The position numbers and the translations under genes were made by a program. DNA of 64,000 nucleotides, from assembly GCA_964016885.1 (NCBI GenBank), contig OZ024746.1, positions 5,828,001-5,892,000 on the forward strand, written 5' to 3'. Positions within the stretch are counted from its first letter, which is position 1. Every line of letters begins with the position of its first letter. The notes under the pieces were generated by a model. That model searched no databases. It worked only from the letters and a program-made list of their open reading frames with translations, and was not told where the DNA came from. Of the stretch, positions 54,332-64,000 are shown in pieces. This stretch comes from Eledone cirrhosa (taxonomy: Eukaryota).

Positions 54332-54905
54332 TACAAGAGTACCATGCAAATTGATAATTATAAACCTACTTTCAAAATTATAGTTAAACAGAAGTGGTGT
54401 CGTTCATGGCTGTCCTAGAGCTATTAAAAATATTTAGGGTCGACTTCTGGTCATTATTGAAAATCTCTGGAATTCGCAAAATACAAAATATTTTTTATTG
54501 GAGAAGGTAAGACATTTTCCCGCAAAAATTTGATTGCACTGTTTTGTTTCCACTTCTGTATTTTTCGAAAATGTTATTTATTCATTATAAAAATGAAATG
54601 ATAGCATTCTATATGTAGGTGGGCCCCCTTCATCTCCTGGCAACCAATATTTTTAGACACAGTCCGCCACTGTATGTATATATATATATATATATATTGT
54701 CATCTTGCCTGACGGTTTGAACTTTACAACACCACCTATCTCTTTGAGGTCAAATACCAACCCTACTAGCATCTACAAACTGACCAATGAGAATTAAGAT
54801 TATTCCTGCTGACAACATTAAATTATCCCTAACAAGCTCAAATGTCCCAAGGCTCTGAAACCATCAACACCAAAACACAGAGCTGGCATATCTAAGAACT
54901 GACCA

Positions 54906-54961
54906 ACTGCCTGATGAGGTCATAGCCATACAATGGCTATCATCGAAATATATATAGCAGT
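54906..54961 (+). ncRNA. type I hammerhead ribozyme motif
   Basis: ACTGC-CTGATGA-GGTC-ATAGCCAT-ACA-ATGGCTAT-CATC-GAAA-TATATA-TA-GCAGT. Confidence 0.8.
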
Positions 54962-54999
54962 AAATAAATTATGAGTTCATGCAATTGACTTATGTTTCG

Positions 55000-55051
<52 letters not shown>

Positions 55052-55054
<3 letters not shown>

Positions 55055-55260
55055 CGAAGGAAATGTGGTAAGGAACCAGGTGGACCATAACGCACCAAAG
55101 TACTCAATACTTAGGGTAGTAGAGTGGGTAATAGGAACAAGTAAGACCCCGACGGCTGAGCTCAAGCCGTTTCGACGGCTAATTCTGGACGGCTAATTCA
55201 GTCCAGAATTAGCCGTCGAAACGGCTTGAGCTCAGCCGTCGGGGTCTTACTTGTTCCTAT
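55052..55260. mobile_element. short PLE-like remnant with terminal inversion
   Basis: 55131-55190 is inverted at 55201-55260. Confidence 0.7.
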
Positions 55261-55411
55261 ATATATAAAACCAAAGATTAATAATATGATTCGTTGATTA
55301 ATCAACGAATATAATTTTACAATAAATTAGAAGTACTAGACAGAAGATCTTTCTGCCACTACTGGAATTGAATAATCAAAACCGTAGCGGTATGTCGCAT
55401 ATAAAATCTTA

Positions 55412-55474
55412 TATTTTGTCTGATGAAAACGTACTTAAACACCATTGTACATTTGAAATATGTATAATAAAATA
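55412..55474 (+). ncRNA. type I hammerhead ribozyme motif
   Basis: TATTTTGT-CTGATGA-AAACGTAC…GTACATTT-GAAA-TATGTA-TA-ATAAAATA. Confidence 0.7.
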
Positions 55475-55671
55475 TATATTTTGATTATGAGAATATTTTT
55501 CATTTATTAATATTTTGAATAATATATATACGAGAAGATAAATACAATTTTGTTCATGTAGACCAAATCAAGTTACGTAATTGGGTAGAAATATACCTTC
55601 TTCTTCTGTCCATCTCTATTTGCCTAGTTTTTCCTGGTACTATATATATGTGTGTATATATATATATTTAT

Positions 55672-56280
55672 GTCAGGTCACCAGTTGGTGCTACTGGTAA
55701 CATGTATCCCAGTACAACCTGTCTCATGGTCGGGTTGTTGGCGACTAAACTGACAACCCCACCAAGGTTTCTTGGTGAGGAGGGTGATTTTGGACATCCT
55801 GCAGGACTAAAAACAAAACCTGTCAAAGGGCAAAAGAACTCTTAAGAGTCAATAGCCATCCAAAATCACCGGGAGAGATGACCCCTTAGCCTTTGTCAAG
55901 GCAGAATTCTAGGAGAAGGAAAACTCTGATATAACACCTGCAACCCCGATGGTATCCAATGATGTTGACTTGTTCTTCTTTTTGGTAAATATCATCTTGG
56001 TTAAGAGAGTGGGACTGGCTTTGTGCACTGCCTTTGCTCACTATAAAAGCTTCACGGCATAGGCATTGTTTTATATCTGGAGATCTCTCTACACTTGTCG
56101 TTACATGGTACCATGGGCCCAGCACTATGTGTCAATAATTGTCACAAGTGTAGTGTTTGTACCAGAGTTTTCAAGTCGCTGGCTGGACTAAAAAGTTACA
56201 CTCGTTCAGCGCATCGGTAGGGGTTCTCCTACATGGATATAAAGTAGTGGCCGTACTCGAAAACGAGTTGACAGCTATCA
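55672..56280 (+). mobile_element. non-autonomous RTE-derived element, copy 5 (longest, about 610 bp)
   Basis: Extends furthest 5' of the seven copies. Confidence 0.85.
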
Positions 56281-56605
56281 TATATATATATATATATATA
56301 TTATGTATGTAAAAGTTAAACAGAAATAACAACACAATCGGTACAGTATATGGAAGGGATATATTAGGTTAACGCTTGATATAGCAGGAAGAGGGTCTTA
56401 ACGTTTCGGACGCAAGTCCTTCATCAGAAGAAAAAAAATGAGAAATAAAATAGATTGAGGGGACGGGCGGGGTGGAATTGGAAAAAATGTCTTTAGATAA
56501 AAATAACAGGTCCATTCATGTTGACATCTCTCGCAAAACTGTTGGTGGTGGCGTTTTGTGTATATTATATATATATATATGTATTATATATATATATTAT
56601 ATATA

Positions 56606-56739
<134 letters not shown>

Positions 56740-57093
56740 GATAAATCTACCAAGAGTTTACGGTAGTGTCCAATCCGTATGAAGAACTCAATGTAGTCCG
56801 GATATCATGGAAAGAAGAGATGCAATGAAAAATCACTTTCGGTGAAAGATAAACGGAATACAGAGTCAAGATAAAATATTAAAAAAATAATGAATAAAAC
56901 AATGAAACAGTTCCTTATATTAAACAAAAAAAGTTCATTATTTAACGACCGTTTCTAGGATATATATGTGTTAGAATTGGCATGCATATTCAACAGATCT
57001 ATGTACAAAATTATACAAAATTATACAAACTATCAAGATTAAATATACATACCAAACACACATATATGCCGTCTTCAGAAATAATCCTTCAGA

Positions 57094-57252
<159 letters not shown>

Positions 57253-57554
57253 TATGTGTGTGTGTGTGTGTAGTATATTCGTTCATATACTCCGACATTA
57301 TTCCCAGGTACTCGTTTCTTTACGTTCCAAGTTGAAATCCATAGTGACACCCAAAACGTATACTGACCTGTCTTAATACCTGTGCACAGTTAATTGATAA
57401 CCCCTTGACAGTTGATGGCCTCCGTGTAGCTACTATTTCTAGCAGTTAGTTCATGATAGCATTGGGATTGTTATGTATATAGTGGTGGTAAGATGGTGAG
57501 GGTGTTAATCTGAATGTAACGATGATGATGATGATAGCTATTTTGATAGGATGT

Positions 57555-58060
57555 CTATGATGATGGTGATCATAATATTGGTAACGGTAGTGAGATGATG
57601 ATGATGATGATGATGGTGATTATAATATTGGTAACTGTAGTGAGATGATGATGATGATGATGATGGTGATTATAATATTGGTAACGGTAGTGAGATGATG
57701 ATGATGATGGTGATTATAATGATTTCTAGTATAGGCACAAGGCCAGTAATTTTGGCGGAGGGGAAAGTCAATTAAATCGACCCCAGTACGTTACTGGTAC
57801 TTTATTTTATCGACCCCGTAAGGATGAAAGGCAAAGTTAACCTCGGGGGGTGGGGGGTGGAGGTTGAACTCAGATCATAAAGGGCCGTAACTCTATACTA
57901 CAAAGCATGGCGTCCGACCCTCTACCGATACTGCCAATCCACCACCCTAGTGATGGTGATTATAATATTGGTGACGATAGTTAGGTAAAGATGTCGATGA
58001 TGATGATGGTGATTATAATATCGGTGACAGTAGTGAGATGAGGATGTTGATGATGGTGAT
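57555..58060. repeat. ~42-45-bp (GAT)n-containing minisatellite interrupted by a SINE
   Basis: Unit GATGATGGTGATTATAATATTGGTAACGGTAGTGA on both sides of the SINE. Confidence 0.8.
57721..57948 (-). mobile_element. full-length tRNA-derived SINE, long-tail subfamily
   Basis: Head, boxes, central domain and tail on the minus strand; TGATGGTGATTATAAT flanks both ends. Confidence 0.9.
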
Positions 58061-58500
58061 GATAGCAGTATTATGTTGATGGGGATTGTGATGTTGATAT
58101 TGTTAATGTAAAAAGAGAATGTGGTCGTGACAAGATGGCGGTAGTGATAGTGATTGTTGTACTGGTGGAACTGGAGAATATTTTACCTTCTCCAATTCTA
58201 TTTGATTAAATTTGAGAACATTTTGTGTAGAAAAAAATTACGACAATTTAAATTGATGTTCTCTGTTTTCTCTCATTCTTTACCCATCCTTCCCTCTCTC
58301 CTACATCTCTCTCTTTCCTCCTCTCTCTCAGCCACTCTCTCTCACTATCCCTCTGTCTCATCCAATCTCTCTCACCCCCTCTATCCCACACCTCTCTCTC
58401 TCTCTCGCCACCTCTCTTGCACTCTCACTCCTTCCTTTCTCTCATCCACACTCACAATTCTTTTTGTTATGTTTTCTTATTTCCCATATATCAAACGCAA

Positions 58501-58588
<88 letters not shown>

Positions 58589-58613
58589 CATACACATACA
58601 TACACACACATTC

Positions 58614-58698
<85 letters not shown>

Positions 58699-58920
58699 CA
58701 CACACATTCATATATATATATATATATATATATACACTGACATACATATGCATACACATGTGTGTATATATACACACATACGTACATATGCATACACACA
58801 CACATACGTACATATGCATACACACACGCACATTCACACACACACAACACGCAACATATATATATAAATATGTATATATATATATACGTGTATATATATA
58901 TGTATATATATGTATATATA

Positions 58921-59006
<86 letters not shown>

Positions 59007-59157
59007 AGAACAAAAGATGGTTAAAAGAGTTCCATGTATTTTATTATGCGCATTTCATATATATTATATATTATATATACTCCAGTCCTACAGACTGTAG
59101 AGTGCTTCTTATCCGATATCTGCATTGCTTTATTGTACTACAATAAAACTCACCTCC

Positions 59158-59198
<41 letters not shown>

Positions 59199-59271
59199 GG
59201 TGCGTATGTATGCGTGGATGCAGGTATGTATGTGTGTATGTATGTATGTATGTGTGTATGTATGTATGTAT

Positions 59272-59840
59272 GTACAACCTGTCTCATGGTCGGGTCGTTG
59301 GCGACTAAACTGGCAACCCCACTAAGGTTTCTTGGTGAGGAGGGTGACTTTGGACATCCTGCAGGACTAAAAACAAAACCTGTCAAAGGGCAAAGGAGCT
59401 CTTAAGAGTCAATGGCCATCCAAAATCACCGGGAGAGATGACCCCTTAGCCTTTGTCAAGGCAGAATTCTAGGAGAAGGAAAACTCTGATATAACACCTG
59501 CAACCCTGATGGTATCCAATGATGTTGACTTGTTCTTCTTTTTGGTAAATATCATCTTGGTTAAGAGAGTGGGACTGGCTTTGTGCAGTGCCTTTGCTCA
59601 CTATAAAAGCTTCACGGCACAGGCATTGCTTTATATCTGGAGATCTCTCTGCATTTGTCGTCACATGGTACCATGGGCCCAGCACTATGTGTCAATAATT
59701 GTCACAAGTGTAGTGTTTGTACCAGAGCTTTCAAGTCGCTGGCTGGACTAAAAAGTCACACTCGTTCAGCGCATCGGTAGGGGTTCTCCTACATGGATAT
59801 AAAGTAGTGGCCGTACTCGAAAACGAGTTGGCAGCCACCA
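59272..59840 (+). mobile_element. non-autonomous RTE-derived element, copy 6, followed by ~560-bp (TATG/TGTG)n
   Basis: (TATG)n on both flanks. Confidence 0.85.
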
Positions 59841-60600
59841 TGTATGTATGTATGTATGTGTGTATGTATGTATGTATGTGTGTATGTATGTATGTATGTA
59901 TGTATGTGTGTATGTATGTATGTGTGTATGTATGTATGTGTGTATGTATGTAGGTATGTGTGTATGTATGTATGTGTGTATGTATGTATGTATGTATGTA
60001 TGTGTGTATGTATGTATATGTGTATGTATGTATGTGTGTATGTATGTGTGTATGTATGTATGTATGTATGTATGTATGTGTGTATGTATGTGTGTATGTA
60101 TGTGTGTATGTATGTATGTATGTGTGTATGTATGTATGTGTGTATGTATGTTTGTGTGTATGTATGTATGTGTGTATGTATGTATGTGTGTATGTATGTA
60201 TGTATGTATGTATGTATGTATGTGTGTATGTATGTGTGTATGTATGTATGTGTGTATGTATGTATGTGTGTATGTATGTATGTATGTATGTATGTATGTA
60301 TGTATGTATGTATGTGTGTATGTATGTATGTGTGTATGTATGTATGTGTGTATGTATGTATGTGTGTATGTATGTATGTGTGTGTATGTATGTATGTACC
60401 TATAAGCGTGTCTGTGCGTCTTAAACTATTTTAAACCCTAAAATCCATCTTCGTTAGATTTTTTTAAATTCTCTTCAAATTAGGTTGAGGAATGTTTGCT
60501 TTTCCTCCCTCAACAAAGACTAGAACTTTCTCGCGTTTCTTTGTTTTTTATATACTGCACAATAGTGTAAAATACATTGATACACACACATTATATATAT

Positions 60601-60735
60601 AAGGTCGGTGAATTGGCAGTATCGGTGGAGAGTCGGACATGCGTTTCAGCGTAGTTACGTCCCTTTACGATCTGAGTTCAAATCCCGCCGAGGTTAACTT
60701 TGCTGGCCTTGTGCCAAATGTAGAAACAATTATTT
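60601..60735 (+). mobile_element. SINE with internal deletion of the central domain
   Basis: …GGTTAACTTTGC|TGGCCTTGTGCC…, a deletion between TTGC microhomologies. Confidence 0.85.
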
Positions 60736-61231
60736 ATATATATATATATATATATATGGGGTGCGTATGTATGCATGCATGCATGTATGTATTTATGCAT
60801 GCAAGTATGTATGTGTGTGTTTATGTATATCTGCTATGTATTGAGTACCTTACTTACTGTGGTTACCCCCGATTGAACCGGGATGAACTTTTAGACACAC
60901 ACACATATATATATATATATACATATATACATATATGCATACCCACAAATACACACATATAATTAGTCATGTATTTGTATATATATATATATATATACAC
61001 ACATTCACATGTACTTAGTCATGCATTTATATATATAAATATACACACAGTGGTGGACTTGCCAGGTGGTCCACATGCGTGATCGCAAGTGGACCCCTCG
61101 GGACCAATGCAAAAACTTTGCTTTCAAACAAAATATCAGAAATCCTAGAGAAGATTAAAAAATTAAGAACAAAACAAATAAAACAATTAAGCGCACCTGG
61201 GTCAACTTTTACATGGGATCGAATACAATTT

Positions 61232-61326
<95 letters not shown>

Positions 61327-61424
61327 AAGGCGGGTAAAATTCCCGAGATCCATGGACGAGTTCTCTCCAGCGGTCTCTGTCCCTCATTATCGCTGCCATG
61401 TCCTGCGTCTCCATACATACACAT

Positions 61425-61461
<37 letters not shown>

Positions 61462-61464
<3 letters not shown>

Positions 61465-61975
61465 GGAAAAAATGAAACGAAATTTCATTTCTCACTCTTA
61501 GTACGGCTGTTACTTAAATATAAGTATGTATACGTACATACATATATGTATACAGACGTACAGTAGTATGTATATATATACATACATGCACACATATATA
61601 TATGTACGTATGGGTTTACCGAACATTTATTATAATGCTCGGTTTGTTTGTAAACAAACAGCCCGAATTACGCCGTACAGTGTTTAGCAATCATCGTTAC
61701 CCTTTTGTTCAACACTGACACAGGAACGATGTACTAGTTTCAAGCTTATTAGCTATCGTCAGCATCGTATACCTTCCTGCCAGATGATTGAACGTCTGAA
61801 AGTATATACTTTCCTTATGCATATTAACGGCTGAGCAACCTAATTTGCATATCCAGTGAGTTAGTCGGCTGGGCGCACCGAAAACGATAAATGGAAAAAA
61901 TGAAACGAAATTTCATTTCTCACTCTTAGTACGGCTGTTACTTAAATATAAGTATGTATACGTACGTCTGTATAC
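61462..61975. mobile_element. unclassified element with ~75-bp direct terminal repeats
   Basis: 61463-61537 equals 61891-61965; the repeat core also occurs at 30365-30406. Confidence 0.55.
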
Positions 61976-62215
61976 ATATATGTATGCAGACGTATACATA
62001 TTTTTCATTGTTATTTCTTTGTTACATCCTCTGTTTTTGTTTTTTACACGCAGAAATGCCCATTTGTACAGTCCTGTGTTGTCCTGTATTGTCCTTAATG
62101 TCTACTTTATGTAAACCCTTGTGGTTAATAAAGAAAGCATCATTATTGTTAGTAGTAGTATTAGTAGTAGTAGTAGTAGTAGTAGTAGAAGTAGTAGCGG
62201 TGGTAGTGGTAGTAA

Positions 62216-62261
<46 letters not shown>

Positions 62262-62283
62262 CGTAGTAGTGGTAGCAGTAATG

Positions 62284-62345
<62 letters not shown>

Positions 62346-62533
62346 ACTAGTGAGGGGATGTACGGAGTGTAAAAAGTTTAAATTAGAACAAAATGAATTG
62401 AAAAGGGAGAAAGGGGGAGGTTGGGGAATGAAGGAGAAGGGGGGAGGGGGATAGTGTTAGAATATAAAGAACAACAGAAGGGAAGAAGAATCTCAAAGGT
62501 GCGTAAATTTGTGTGTGTGTGTGCAAAGACGCA

Positions 62534-62569
<36 letters not shown>

Positions 62570-62900
62570 ACGCATACATATGTGTGTGTGTGCAAAGACG
62601 CATACATACGTATGTGTGTGTGTGTGCAAAGACACATACAATGTGTATTTTTGCGGGAGTTTCAAAGTTTCGGTTATAAATAAAAGGAAATAATTGTTCT
62701 GCTTGAAATATATGTTACGCTCTGGCAGGGTAGAAATTATGTTAATCTATGACAACAGATTAAAGAGATTCTACCGCACAACAGCAACGCTGTTGGTAAA
62801 AACAAAATAAAAGTCAGCCACATACACACACTCACACACACACTCACACACACACACACACACGCACGCACACACACACACACACACACACATGCACATA

Positions 62901-63452
62901 TGGTGGCTGCCAACTCGTTTTCGAGTACGGCCACTACTTCATATCCATGTAGGAGAACCCCTACCGATGCGCTGAACGAGTGTGACTTTTTAGTCCAGCC
63001 AGCGACTTGAAAACTCTGGTACAAACACTACACCTGTGACAATTATTGACACATAGTGCTGGTCCCATGTGACGACAAGTGCAGAGAGATCTCCAGATAT
63101 AAAGCAATGCCTGTGCCGTGAAGCTTTTATAGTGAGCAAAGGCAGTGCACAAAGCCAGTCCCACTCTCTTGACCAAGATGATATTTACCAAAAAGAAGAA
63201 CAAGTCAACATCATTGGATACCATCAGGGTTGCAGGTGTTATATCAGAGTTTTCCTTCTCCTAGAATTCTGCCTTGACAAAGGCTAAGGGGTCATCTCTC
63301 CCGGTGATTTTGGATGGCCATTGACTCTTAAGAGCTCCTTTGCCCTTTGACAGGTTTTGTTTTTAGTCCTGCAGGATGTCCAAAGTCACCCTCCTCACCA
63401 AGAAACCTTGGTGGGGTTGCCAGTTTAGTCGCCAACGACCCGACCATGAGAC
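62901..63452 (-). mobile_element. non-autonomous RTE-derived element, copy 7
   Basis: Reverse orientation. An 8-nt deletion puts the CHRCSVCTRVFKSLAGLKSHTRSAH finger in frame with the upstream pseudo-ORF. Confidence 0.85.
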
Positions 63453-63604
63453 ATGCACACATGCACTCATACATACACACAAACACACACACTCACACAC
63501 ACACACACACACACACGTATATAAATTAATGTATACCAGACATCACGCGTATGTACTTCATATTCACTGGTGTATACCACTATATCAAAATTAAACTCAA
63601 TACA

Positions 63605-63657
<53 letters not shown>

Positions 63658-63894
63658 CTCAGTACTCCTGAAATATGTATAATAAAATATACTTGATCAC
63701 ACGAATGTCTATTTTTGTTAATATTTTGAATTAATATTAAACCATAACTGTTGAGTGCTTCCAATCTATTGTAAAACTCATTCTTTGAACCTTGTTTAAC
63801 CTTTAAATATATATATATATATATATTAGTAAAAAGAAAATGCTGACAAATGTTTCCCAGTAAAAAATAATTTAATAAGAAATAAGTATAAATT

Positions 63895-64000
63895 AATAAT
63901 TGTTTCTACTTTAGGCACAAGGCCAGCAATTTTCCAGTTCATTACTGGTACTTTATTTTATAGACCCCGTAAGGATGAAAGGCAAAGTCAACCTCGGCGG
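63895..64000 (-). mobile_element. tRNA-derived SINE running off the window edge
   Basis: Tail and central domain on the minus strand. Confidence 0.85.

Larger units (their letters stand above)
53747..54672. mobile_element. putative non-autonomous hAT-like DNA transposon with internal inverted tRNA-like pair
   Basis: Right end AGTCCGCCACTG. Left part 53800-53905 is homologous to 61100-61208, which begins CAGTGGTGGACT at 61048, the matching inverted end. Confidence 0.5.

Overview
AT-rich, microsatellite-dense eukaryotic DNA, intergenic or deep intronic. I could not support any intact host protein-coding exon; almost all listed ORFs are translations of (TA)n, (CA)n, (TATG)n or (TAC)n repeats. 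The repeat content resembles an octopus (coleoid cephalopod) genome; this is inferred from recalled SINE families, not from a search. The window is a mosaic of mobile-element fragments: more than 15 copies of one tRNA-derived SINE (including tandem arrays and one copy whose 45-bp head is amplified about 46 times inside a single target-site duplication), 7 near-identical copies of a ~600-bp non-autonomous RTE-derived element associated with (TATG)n, Tx1/L1-like LINE ends in (TATC)n, two CRE-like RLE fragments, RTE 3' ends with (GAA)n tails, MITEs, and a Penelope-like GIY-YIG fragment with inverted pseudo-LTRs. About 15 type-I hammerhead ribozyme motifs lie in short, (TA)n-flanked, often self-inverted elements. 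A putative DNA transposon at 53.7-54.7 kb carries a convergent pair of tRNA-like Pol III units. All identifications were made by eye; no database search or folding program was run, and coordinates may be off by a few bases.
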